Assembly (NCBI GenBank): GCA_965200155.1
Contig: CBDATR010000024.1
Location: forward strand, 1-64,000
Origin: Nitrosopumilaceae archaeon
Lineage (GTDB): Archaea; Thermoproteota; Nitrososphaeria; Nitrososphaerales; Nitrosopumilaceae
Direction of reading: 5' to 3'
Length of the DNA stretch: 64,000 bases
This document shows, piece after piece, positions 10,801 through 21,764 of this stretch (position 1 is its first letter; each line of letters starts with the position of its first letter). The position numbers and the translations under genes were made by a program. The notes beneath the pieces were generated by a model. That model did no database searches, was not told where the DNA came from, and was given only the letters and a program-made list of their open reading frames with translations.

Positions 10801-11081
10801 ACTACATATCTGATATTATATGCTATATTAGTACTGCCTGCTCTTATGATATCCATATGTCATACGCCCCCGCCCCTGGGCTTACTATTGATCACATATC
10901 CGCCATACTCCTTATGGCGCCCAGAATGCCGAGACTCCTTATGCCGGTTACCTAGTGAGTTAAATTTTCAAGTGCCTTACTATAATACGGAACGCTTCAA
11001 AAGACTGATCATTCCAACTCATGTTAACACTATTCTCTATGTACCTACTTAACAGCGCCCCATATACGCTAGACAAATATC

Positions 11082-14000
11082 CTAGGGAATAGGCGCCTTG
11101 TAGTACTTGTCCAGGCCGGTTGGTTCTGTCTTGATATCATCCATCTTGAATTCAGTTGGGAGATTAGCTATGATCCTATCGGATTCTAGACCGACATGTA
11201 CTAGTCGTTCTAGCATGGCTCGGATCTGTTCTCCTGTAAAGACCCGGAATGGGTACCTATCTATCCCACTCTTTGCCTTCTTTGGTATGAAGGTTAACCA
11301 CCCTACAGGTGTGCGGCCATTCACTTTGTAATTGATTAATGGTATGTTATTGTATATCTTTTGGCCGTCTATTATGATGGTTGACGGATCCGGTTTGTCT
11401 TTGGGGCCCGGGGAACCGGTTCTATTTGGTTTCTTACCGAATCTAATCGTTCTTGGGTGATCAGGTATGGAGTGAAGCGGCTCACCCAAGTCATAACGTG
11501 GGCATGTCTCATAGTTCAGGTGTAAGTCAGCTAGTTCTCGGCCTGCTCTCATGATTCCATGGAAGTCAGGCGCCATGGGAATATTCGACAATCCTCTAAC
11601 AAGGAATGCTTGATACTTGGAACGATAACCACTATGATGTAGGATGCCATAGGTATAGTAGAATATGTCCTCTTTAGTTATGGAGTCATCATTATATCGT
11701 TTCTGGTATAGTTCCAGGGAATAGTCGGTGATGTTATCCTTTTGCTTCATCACCTCCGGTGACTGTGTGAACATGGGGAATACCTGCCCGTGATGCACCA
11801 CTTCCAGATCCGGTGCTATTCCCGTTATGAATACTGAGAATTCACCCTTGATCTTGTCCGGGACTATTATCGCCAGGTTCTTGATGGCTGACTGGCTGAC
11901 TGGCTGACTGGCTGACTGGCTGACTGGCTACCTACCACATGTCTATTCTTGTCCTTTTGTTTCTTGACTCTCATGGGAAAGCATTGGGATGCCTCGTGGA
12001 TGTGAAGGTCAGGCGTGATATCCGTGACAAACGTAGAGAACTCACCCTTTATTTTATCCGGCACCATAATAGAATGATTCTTGGAGTCGGGGTGTGGGTA
12101 GAATGAGGGGATATTAGAGGGTGTGGATACCATTACTTCATAGTCTGCATATAGATACTGTTTCAGGAATGGTCTATACAGTGCTGTCCTGATCTTTGTT
12201 TTATTGAACCTGGGTTTGCTTGGCGCCATCTTTTTTAGATCTCGCGTCATCTCTTTGGACCATGCAACATATTTTACATCTTTGTCAAAATCATCCAGAT
12301 CCTGCACAGCACAATGTTCTATGGTTCTTCTCATATTCTCTTCCAGGTCTTGGGGCGATGCGTTGTATACCCAATCATCTCTACGTGTTGTCAACCCCAT
12401 AGAATACATTACAAACATTACATCATTGGTCTTACCACGCTTTCCCTCTTTACTTCCCATTGAAGTCATGGAATCCCACTCATCACTGGATTCACCCCGC
12501 TGATCCAGCCAGTCGTGATAACGGTCTGGTGTTATAATCTGCCAGTCTTGTATTCCGGCGATGGAGCCGTATTCTTTTATCTTTTCTAGTTTCTTATCTC
12601 TGTCCAGATAATCACCAATGTCGTGGTAGTGGATGGTGCAAGATTGTTTGGCCGGGTTCTTGACTAGTATGGTTATAGCGGTGCCCACAGTTGAGCCACT
12701 CCCAAATATCTTGCCGCCCTCTCGTCTCCAATCCTGTTTACCCTTTACATCACCTCGTAAATTGAAACAGTAGACATCCGTGAACTCCATTCCAAGACAG
12801 GCGCGTATACCAGCTTCACTATTCCCAGTGATATATGCGGATGGTGTGATTAAACCGATAACCCCGCAATCACCAATTCTATCAGATGCCCAACGAATAG
12901 CCTTGATGTATGAGTTATTTGGTTTCAGTATGGCTCCCTTGAAGCCAACGTTACGCGCCTTACTCGTATAGGTGTTCTTTATGCGAGTCTCAAGTTTAGA
13001 GTGGGAATCATTCTTGTTATCATCACTAGCTGTCTCCTGCCCACTAGAGTATGGTGGATTACCTATAATGATATTTACACAATCCATGTTCTGCCGTTTC
13101 ACCCTAGTCATGGCTTCCTCCAGGGAATCATCTGTAATCTTGATCTGCTTCTTACGCTGTTCGGCATCCAGCCTGTATGAGGGGTGCTGTGTGAATGTAT
13201 CTGTGTATGATATCCCGCCAAACGGAACATACTCCCCGCTCTTTTTCTGATATGATGCCTCAATATTGGACATGGCAACATAGAATGCCGGCAACATTAT
13301 TTCATTCGCGTAAATATCATTCTGGTACTTGTCAGGTAGTGCATCATCACTGATCATTCCTCGCTCTATTAACTGGGCAAGGAATATCCCGGTACCGGTG
13401 AACGGGTCCAGCACCTTTACTGCTCTATCATTGAATGTCTTTCCAAACTCCGATTCTAGTACATGTCTAACTGATTCCAGTATGAAGTTAACGATTTCAA
13501 CTGGTGTGTGTACGATTCCATGTTTGTCCGCGGACTTTTTATCCGAGCCAATGAAGAATGCGTCATATATGGCGCGCAGGAAATCCTGCTTGGCATCCGG
13601 CTCCTTGAATAGTTCAATGTCTGCCTGTATACCAGTATAGAATGCCTCGAACTGTTCTAGTTGTCCCTGTATGTTTAATCGTTGCATGGTATTATCGAAT
13701 GCAGATGCCACCGGGTTAGCATTCTTGGGGAACATTACATTGAATACTCTGGACATTACAGCATGCTGTGATAATGCACGAATGGTCTGCTCATATGTCA
13801 ACGTGAATCCGACTATATGTTTCAGGTTCTCGTGTAATTGTTTAATGATGGGCGCAGTTTCCGGCTCAATTTTGATTCGCTGTTTCAGTTTGGTCTCTAT
13901 TATGACGGCTTGCTCCCCTAGTCGCTTGCCCATGTTGGCGTGGTAACTGGCATCGCCAAGACTCAGTATGACATTCTGTACATCCTTTAACAACTTGTCA

Positions 14001-16078
14001 CTGAGTCCTGCCCCCAGTGTACGAATAATCCAGTCATTCAGTCTTGGTGGTATTTCTGACGGATCCGGTGGCTCATGTTTACCACTCTTTCCTGACTTGG
14101 ACAGTACATACTTGTTCAGTAGCTGTTGCAGTTTATCATCATGTGCTGTGATCGCACGTAATATCTTGCTTATCTGCTCGTACCGTGTGTTCCTTTTCAA
14201 CACATGATGTGGATCATCACCCTTCAAGACTGGGATGGGGACTATAACGTAACCTGTTTTCTTTCCCTCTGATTTTCGCATTACTCTACCAATACTTTGT
14301 ATTATGTCGATGGGTGAGTTCTTGGGCTCCATGAATACAACGGCATCCAAGGCTGGAACGTCCACGCCCTCCTGCAAGCACCTGGCATTACTGAGTATAC
14401 GAATCTCCTTTGGATCACTATCGCTATTTCGTAACCAGTCTATCCGCGCTCCCCTGTCCAGTGAGTTGGTAGAGCCATCAACATGCCTCGTTACAGTCTT
14501 GTAACCGTCCAGATCGGGATCAGTCTTTAGTAGTCTCTCGCTTAAATTATCAAAGCTTAATGTTTCCTTTGTGATTTTATCAAGCTTGAGTTGTTTCTTT
14601 GCCTTGTCCATGTTCCTGCCATGATTGGAGAACAACTTTGACGCTTTTATGGTGTTGAAGAATACCATCACCCTCTGTAAGGGCCGGAATTCCTTAGTAT
14701 CACCATCATATGTGATCGCCTTACAGATACTGTTCACTTTTGACATGTAGTCTATGTCCATATCCTCGTAATCCTTGAGATCATCACCATGTTCCCTTGC
14801 AGCCTTGATGATTTCACCATACGCATCAGTCTCATCAACCTCTGGTAGTACTATTTTGAAAGGTGTGAGTAGTCCAATATCGACCGCTTTTGAGAATGGT
14901 AAGTCATATAGTACATCGCCATATTTCTCATTATCCATGGAGTATACTTCCAGTCCTTGATCCGTGGCATCCTTTCTACCCTTTTCTGTATAGACACGGG
15001 GGGTGGCAGTCATGTAGAGCCGCCTCTTGGCTGGAACCTCGCTATTCTTGTGTGCAGTCAAGTAATAGGATTCCTTGATTTTCTCGGCGCCAGTGGTGCG
15101 GTGAGCCTCATCGAATAGAATTAGATCAAATATACCATTTCTGTCCCGTATGGCTTTTCCCACACGCTCCACGGAATTATACGTGGAAAATACGACACGC
15201 ATACCTTTTCGGTTCTCCATAGAATGTAGTTGCTCCTTTATCGTTTCCACATCTGTGGATGGTTGTATGGGACACTCAGTGATGGAACCTGCCTCATCTG
15301 TACCGGACGACTTGTCAGAGCACACTGCCATGTACTGATGTTCTATGGAACGGTTATCTGCCCACTCTCTCATCGCCTGCGGTATCAGTGATATTGACGG
15401 TACCAAGTATAGAACAAGACCGTCTTTCCCTAGAATGGTTTCTGCGATATGGAGTGATGTTATGGTCTTGCCAGTTCCACATGCCATGATGAGCTTCCCG
15501 CGATCTGCACCATGTAGTCCGGTGACTACTCTTTGAACTGCTTCCTTCTGGTGATCTTGTAATGTCTTTGGTTTCACTGCTCTCTTCATTCCACTCCAGT
15601 CAATCCCACTCTGGCGGAGATCAGCCTTCATGAGTATTGGGTAACCGGATTCTTCGAACGGTTTTACAATATTCCTGCTTACGTGCGCCCCTGTGAATAC
15701 AAGAATGAGTCTGTCCATCTTTTTGCTCTCCTTTACGACAAACATGTTTGAGATCTGATTCTCGTGGATACTGGAATCATCATTCCAGCACTTGCACTGA
15801 ATGCCAACTAACTTGTCATCCTTGTCTCTGGCAACCAGATCAATTCCAATGTCCGGTTCACGATACCAGTCATGGAATAGTTTTACTTCCTTGAACTCAT
15901 TCTTGTATATGCTGTCATTCTTGAAGTAGTGTAGCATTAGTTTCTCAAATCGGACACCGCGTTCAGTCTTGCTAACTTTACTGCCCTTACGGCTGATATC
16001 CTTTTCATCATCGGTCTCCGCACGTAGCCTTGCTAATGCTTGATCAAAAGTTTCCACTATTCCTGGAATGATTCCCAC
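11082..16078 (-). CDS. Type ISP (LlaBIII/LlaGI-like) single-polypeptide restriction-modification enzyme, currently frameshifted at an 8-bp repeat tract
   Basis: Mrr-like nuclease DIGIDLV..IQCK; SF2 motifs MACGTGKT, DEAH, TAT, QSIGRVMRK; N6 methyltransferase LDPFTGTG and GNPPY; TRD YRPF; the C-terminus (DIFYYTYGILH..GRELADLHLNYE) is in another frame at 11082-11884. Confidence 0.9.
11885..11929. repeat. Simple sequence repeat (TGGCTGAC)5 plus TGGCT, i.e. (AGCCAGTC)n on the coding strand
   Basis: Read directly; encodes SQSASQPVSQSASQP. Confidence 0.95.
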
Positions 16079-16153
16079 CCTAGTATATTGTATTGGCTGA
16101 GCGACTCTTCAATAGTACGAAAAGTAAGTCCGCTTAGGATCCGGCGTACAGCT

Positions 16154-16272
16154 GTATGAGTTCACGTCTTGGAACCGGTTCCAATCTTGTGCACAAAAGA
16201 ACCGGTTACTCTTTAACTGTCGCGATCAGTTATAGAATGACCCGTTCCATTTAGACACAGGTGAACTCATAC
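16154..16272 (+). mobile_element. MITE copy (119 bp) carrying three palindromic replacement scars
   Basis: Matches the consensus except at 16171-16182, 16198-16212 and 16234-16248; no TSD. Confidence 0.9.
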
Positions 16273-16357
16273 CAGCAATACAACCGATACCTAATGATCA
16301 TGGTATACAAATGGACCAATTAGGAGGAGAACGCATTTTGGCATCAAAAAAACGCCC

Positions 16358-16449
16358 GTATGAGTTCACGTCTTCCGGAATCTTATGCATAAATCACATT
16401 AACTGTCGCGATCAGTTGTGCGTAAATTTAGACACAGGTGAACTCATAC
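16358..16449 (+). mobile_element. 92-bp MITE copy
   Basis: Consensus match; no TSD; followed by an orphan IS5-type end at about 16455-16519. Confidence 0.9.
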
Positions 16450-16576
16450 CAATAATTTGCATCTATAAACTTGGTTTAAACGTGTAAGGTGGGGCAAGTG
16501 ATTCTGCGCATAAAGTCTATTGTGCATAAATTAACACAAGTATGCTTATGCCATAATTTTATAGTAATACACAATA

Positions 16577-18085
16577 TTATCCCAAAAAAGCATCCATGCC
16601 CGTCTGCACAGGATGGTTTTTACTATCCTCCAATACTTGGTTTATACGCTCTCCCATTCTGCCTGCGGCCCTTACCTTTCTTTTACTTACCCAGTAGTAT
16701 GTTTCATCTATGGTATTTTTTGCCATAAGGACGATAAGCTTTCCCTCATTTTTACGACCAGTGCGGCCACGGCGTTGTATGTAGCGTATGGAGCTAGGTA
16801 CGTTATCGTAGAATATTACGTGATTTACCTCTGCTATGTCAAGTCCCTCTTCTCCTACTCTAGTTGCTATGAGCACCCGGTACTCTCCAGAACGAAATTT
16901 TTGTACAGTCTCAATCTGGCGTTTCTGTTTGAGACCAGTCTCACCGGATTTTCCAATCAATACGGCCGACGATATGCCTGATGCCTTTAGTTTGTCATTT
17001 ATCACTTCTACTGAGTCCCTGTAGCTGGTGAATATGAGAATCTTGCCCGGTATATCGGATAATATCTCCAATAACTTGGGTATTTTTGAGTGCTCCATGC
17101 CCCTTGCCTGTGCCTCCTGTGCCGCACGTATGGTTCTGGAAAAGCGTGGATCATCATCAAACAATGCCTTGACTCCGGGGCCTCCTTTCTTCCGGGTTCG
17201 CTCACAGAATCTGAGAAATGCAGTAATGCCATGCGCCTCTAGCATGTTTAGTGCGTGATGTGTTCGTATGGCGGCAAAAAGTGCTGGTGACAAATGACGA
17301 TACTTGCTAAGCACAATGGGACGTATTCTCAAAAGTGCCGAAAGTGATACTGATCCCAGATCTCTAAAACCTTGACTCTTGAGTATGTCATACCTGTCTG
17401 CTAGCACCTTCTTCAGACTTTTTTGCATTTGTATCATCTCCGGGGGAAGATCCACTTTTACCCACTGTGTATTGGTATCTTGCACGTATGGTACCACATC
17501 CGGACTCTGATCCGTGCGCTCAACAACCCTGCTTATACGAAGCCGTGTAAGTATCTCAGTTGCCTTCTGCATCTCGCTGGGCAGTGTGGCTGTCATCCCA
17601 AGCATTCTGGCACTACTCCCTGCAAACCAGTCTGCTATGGTAGCATACGCATAGTCTCCGACAGTCCGATGCACCTCGTCAAACACTACCAATGCAAACT
17701 GTGCTGGTCGTACTATGCCTCGATGAATGTCGTTGCGAGCTATCTCTGGAGTGGCGCATATTATGGAACTCATCCATCGTTTCTTTCGATTACTGGCAGT
17801 GTCTTCCCCTGTTACTAGGGATATGTCTTGTATGGTCATGCTATTCCGCAAGAACTCGTAGTGTTGGTTAGCCAGTACTCTTGTAGGCGCCAAAAAGAGT
17901 ACTGCTCCAGTCCCTCGTGCCATATACTCTGCTATAACCAATAAGGCAATTGCAGTCTTGCCCAGACCCGTTGGCAATACGATTACACAGTTCTCTTGCA
18001 CGGAATCCTCTGCCATGCTAATCTGATATTCTCGTGCCTCCACAGTATCCTTGACTACATACTTTTTTTCCACATAATTCATCAT
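16577..18085 (-). CDS. Hef/FANCM(Mph1)-like DEAD/DEAH helicase without nuclease domain
   Basis: REYQ, LPTGLGKT, DEVH, MTAT, GEEGLDI, QRRGRTGR. Confidence 0.9.
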   Translation of the reverse strand: MMNYVEKKYVVKDTVEAREYQISMAEDSVQENCVIVLPTGLGKTAIALLVIAEYMARGTGAVLFLAPTRVLANQHYEFLRNSMTIQDISLVTGEDTASNRKKRWMSSIICATPEIARNDIHRGIVRPAQFALVVFDEVHRTVGDYAYATIADWFAGSSARMLGMTATLPSEMQKATEILTRLRISRVVERTDQSPDVVPYVQDTNTQWVKVDLPPEMIQMQKSLKKVLADRYDILKSQGFRDLGSVSLSALLRIRPIVLSKYRHLSPALFAAIRTHHALNMLEAHGITAFLRFCERTRKKGGPGVKALFDDDPRFSRTIRAAQEAQARGMEHSKIPKLLEILSDIPGKILIFTSYRDSVEVINDKLKASGISSAVLIGKSGETGLKQKRQIETVQKFRSGEYRVLIATRVGEEGLDIAEVNHVIFYDNVPSSIRYIQRRGRTGRKNEGKLIVLMAKNTIDETYYWVSKRKVRAAGRMGERINQVLEDSKNHPVQTGMDAFLG

Positions 18086-18455
18086 TTTACAGTGTACAAA
18101 TACACCAATTAATCATTTTACATTTTGCTGCACAAAAGATCTGCTAATGCGCTTGCAAAGAAGCCTTGTCTGCAACTGTCTTGCCCGCTTCGAGATCATA
18201 CTCTTGAAGATGTTTGTGTTTGATGCGCAGTGTGGCGTCAAGCTTATCTGAATCTGCACGCGCGATAGCCACGAATGGTGCCCGCCAACAAGTCTTGACT
18301 CATCCTATACTGCCTTGAAACTATTACATAGTGATATACGGGTGGCCATGGAGAACGCATGTACTGAGCGTAGTGGCGATCTTGTCATCTCTGTTTGATT
18401 TGGGCAACCACAACTTATACCAAACCAAATATAGCATTGTCTGCACAAATCTTAC

Positions 18456-18977
18456 GTGATCGACTTTACAAGGCCGGATTGGGACGAGTACTTTATGCTA
18501 CAGGCAGAACTGGCAAGGATGCGTTCCAACTGCATATCCAGACGTGTGGGGGCGGTAATTGCCAAGGATCGTCGCCAGCTGGCCATGGGGTATAATGGGA
18601 CTCCATCCGGTATACCAAACTGTTATGCTGGTGGTTGTGAACGATGCTCCCGACGTATGCGTGGCTTGGTGGCCAGTGGTGAGGATCTAGATAGGTGTAT
18701 GTGTACCCATGCAGAAGCCAACGCCATACTTCATTGCACAATAATGGGAATAAACTCAGTTCATGGTGCTACACTATACAGTACCGACTACCCGTGCCTG
18801 GACTGCTCAAAGATGGCTATAACTATAGGGGTGCGGCGGTTTGTAGTTATGCACGACTATCCTGAGGATACACAGGACTTGATTCGCAGCGCCAATGTAC
18901 AGGTAGACCGAATTGATTACAAAAGGATAGCCTTCTGGATTAATGCCCTCTCTTCTAGTATGGAGAATGTCGGATAG
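18456..18977 (+). CDS. dCMP deaminase (ComEB family)
   Basis: RPDWDEYF, GYNG, HAE and PCLDC motifs. Confidence 0.9.
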   Translation: MIDFTRPDWDEYFMLQAELARMRSNCISRRVGAVIAKDRRQLAMGYNGTPSGIPNCYAGGCERCSRRMRGLVASGEDLDRCMCTHAEANAILHCTIMGINSVHGATLYSTDYPCLDCSKMAITIGVRRFVVMHDYPEDTQDLIRSANVQVDRIDYKRIAFWINALSSSMENVG

Positions 18978-18979
18978 CA

Positions 18980-21514
18980 ATGTGCGCAGTAACTCTACAG
19001 ACGATGCCCCCGGCCCTGTTGGTCTCTGCCACATATGACGCAGCTGCCAAGTCTGCCGTACTCAAATTCTATGAACCCGAATCTCAGCGCATACTGCTGT
19101 GGAATGATAATACTGGACACAAGCCTTACTGTTACTCCAAAATGGATCCTGATCAGTTATATGCGGAGCTTGGTTCCAGATCTGACGTACTAGACATAAA
19201 AACTACCATGCTACGAGATCTTGCCAATGACACTGATGTTCAATTCTCCAAGATAATTGTGGACGATCCACTGGCCATAGGTGGTACCTCGAGCTCCAAG
19301 AGCATACGTAACATATTGGCAGATACTTGGGAGTCTGATATTAAGTACTATGAGAATTATCTCTACGACAATGAACTGATTGTGGGTAAGCATTATACCA
19401 TACTTGACTCTACATTACATCCCTCTGATCAAGTGATATCACAAGATGTCCAGCTTGCACTCCAATCACTTCTGTTGAACAAGACGTCTGTAGAAGATGT
19501 AGTAGACAGGGATCAGTTTCAGAATTTTATATCAGAGTGGGCAAGTTTACTGAACCAGCCCATACCGGAGATAAAGCGTGTTGCAGTGGATATAGAGATA
19601 GTATCAGAAAGGGACCGCATACCAGATCCCAAAATAGCCGAGAATACCATTACTGCTGTAGGCTTTGATGGAACCGGAGGTTTCAAGAAGATACTTGTAT
19701 TGGATACCGGTGCGCAAAAAGGCGTAAACGAACTAGACGACGATGTTGAGGTCGTATTTTACAATGATGAGAAGGATATGTTGGAAGAAGCGTTTCGTAT
19801 AATATCTGACTTTCCTTTTGTTGTAACCTATAATGGCGACGAGTTTGACCTGCCATATCTGTACAATCGGGCCGATCGGTTGGGCGTGAAAGATAATCCA
19901 CTGCGCATGATGAAGAATGCCGCGACACTGCGAGAGGGTGTACACATTGATCTATATCGTACCATGTCCAATAGGGCATTCCAGATATACGTATTCTCCC
20001 ACAAATACACAAGTTACTCACTAAATGCCGTATCTGAGGCGTTACTGGATGAGCGTAAGATAGACTATGGCAAGGATCTTGGTGACCTCACACTGTATGA
20101 GACTGCCAACTATTGCTATAATGATGCCCGTCTAACGTTAAAGCTTACCACTTTTGGCAACAATCTGCTGATGAATCTACTAATCATAATATCTCGTATT
20201 GGCCGTATGCCAGTGGATGACATAGCTCGTGTGGGTGTGTCGCAATGGATACGAAGCTTGCTATACTATGAGCACAGACGAATGAAAGCCATAATACCTA
20301 ACCAAATGGATCTGACACGACGCACCGCAGAGGTTACAGGAGACGCGGTAATAAAGAACAAAAAATATCGCGGTGGGCTGGTGATAGATCCTACCGAAGG
20401 TGTCCATTTCTCTGTCACCGTTATGGATTTTGCCAGCCTGTATCCCAGTATCATAAAGGTACGCAATCTTTCATATGAGACAGTCCGGTGCCCGCATCCG
20501 GGATGTCGCACAAATACTATACCGCAGACTAATCATTGGGTGTGTCGCCAAAGAAATGGTATCACTGCCATGATAATAGGTTCCTTGCGTGATCTACGGG
20601 TAAACTATTACAAGTCACTATCCAAGTCATCGGCCATTAATGATGCTGAGCGTCAGCAATATGCAGTAATTGCACAGGCTCTCAAGGTGATATTGAATGC
20701 TAGTTATGGTGTTATGGGCGCAGAGATATTCCCGCTGTACTTTTTACCGGCGGCAGAGACTACTACCGCTGTTGGCCGACACACAATAGAAAAAACCGCG
20801 GAGATGTGTGGGCAGCGTAATATCGGCGTATTATACGGGGACACCGATTCTCTATTCTTGAAGAATCCTACAAAAGAGCAGATAGGTCAGGTAACCGAGT
20901 GGGCAAAGCAGAATCATGGAGTTGATTTAGAAGTGGACAAAGTATACCGGTATTGTGTGCTGTCCAACCGCAAAAAGAACTATTTTGGAGTTACCGAGTC
21001 AGGTAATGTAGACATAAAGGGACTTTTGGGAAAGAAGTCCAATACGCCCATATTTGTAAAAAGACTCTTCGAAGAGATAGTAAGTATACTATCCAAGGTA
21101 CAGGACATGGACGAGTTTGAGAAGGCAAAAAAAGAGATATCTGATAGTATATCTAGGAGCGCCAAGGAGATAGAGAATCAGAATGTACCTGTGAATGAGC
21201 TCGCGTTTAATGTAATGATGAGTAAGGCTCCCTCAGAGTACACAAAGACTGTACCACAGCACGTACGTGCGGCCAAACTATTGGAGAATGAGCGAGAGAT
21301 AAAACGTGGAGACATAATATCATACATCAAGACCAGGACAAAATTGGGTGTGAAGCCTGCATCCATGGCCAGTTCTGGCGAGGCGGATCCCGTCAAGTAC
21401 ATAGAGTGTATGGAATCCACCTTGGATCAGATAGTTTCCTCAATGAGCCTTGACTTTGATACCATATTGGGCAAGCCAAAACAGACCGGACTGGATCAGT
21501 TCTTTTGGGGATAA
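18980..21514 (+). CDS. polB: Family B DNA polymerase (PolB1)
   Basis: Exo DIE and YNGDEFD; DFASLYPSII, KVILNASYG, YGDTDS; C-terminal PIP box QTGLDQFF; start may be 19004. Confidence 0.97.
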   Translation: MCAVTLQTMPPALLVSATYDAAAKSAVLKFYEPESQRILLWNDNTGHKPYCYSKMDPDQLYAELGSRSDVLDIKTTMLRDLANDTDVQFSKIIVDDPLAIGGTSSSKSIRNILADTWESDIKYYENYLYDNELIVGKHYTILDSTLHPSDQVISQDVQLALQSLLLNKTSVEDVVDRDQFQNFISEWASLLNQPIPEIKRVAVDIEIVSERDRIPDPKIAENTITAVGFDGTGGFKKILVLDTGAQKGVNELDDDVEVVFYNDEKDMLEEAFRIISDFPFVVTYNGDEFDLPYLYNRADRLGVKDNPLRMMKNAATLREGVHIDLYRTMSNRAFQIYVFSHKYTSYSLNAVSEALLDERKIDYGKDLGDLTLYETANYCYNDARLTLKLTTFGNNLLMNLLIIISRIGRMPVDDIARVGVSQWIRSLLYYEHRRMKAIIPNQMDLTRRTAEVTGDAVIKNKKYRGGLVIDPTEGVHFSVTVMDFASLYPSIIKVRNLSYETVRCPHPGCRTNTIPQTNHWVCRQRNGITAMIIGSLRDLRVNYYKSLSKSSAINDAERQQYAVIAQALKVILNASYGVMGAEIFPLYFLPAAETTTAVGRHTIEKTAEMCGQRNIGVLYGDTDSLFLKNPTKEQIGQVTEWAKQNHGVDLEVDKVYRYCVLSNRKKNYFGVTESGNVDIKGLLGKKSNTPIFVKRLFEEIVSILSKVQDMDEFEKAKKEISDSISRSAKEIENQNVPVNELAFNVMMSKAPSEYTKTVPQHVRAAKLLENEREIKRGDIISYIKTRTKLGVKPASMASSGEADPVKYIECMESTLDQIVSSMSLDFDTILGKPKQTGLDQFFWG

Positions 21515-21626
21515 TGGTACTTCATACAACTCCTGTCTGGACAAACTCATGTTTTCTATATCCTGGTTTATGTGAAATTCACTACACTAATTTGTTCAGG
21601 CGCTTATGTTTGTTCATAAGTTACTG

Positions 21627-21698
21627 ATATGAGTTTACCCTTCGCCATATTGCAACATTAGTACGATTTGTGTACAGGATTGTGACGTGAACACATAC
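21627..21698. mobile_element. Degenerate older MITE copy
   Basis: ATATGAGTTTAC...GTGAACACATAC termini with a diverged interior. Confidence 0.5.
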
Positions 21699-21764
21699 GC
21701 CATGACCTACACGGTTACATCATAACCGCAAAATTGTATAAATTGGGGTTAAAAAATTAACCAT

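Noticed and set aside
12204-15536. Numerous plus-strand ORFs opposite the Type ISP gene, and similar shadows over other long genes
   Set aside because: Antisense shadows without motifs.
10800-16150. tRNA or attachment site bounding the integrated element
   Set aside because: No tRNA-like fold or flanking direct repeat could be recognised by eye; no rRNA or tRNA is called anywhere in the window.
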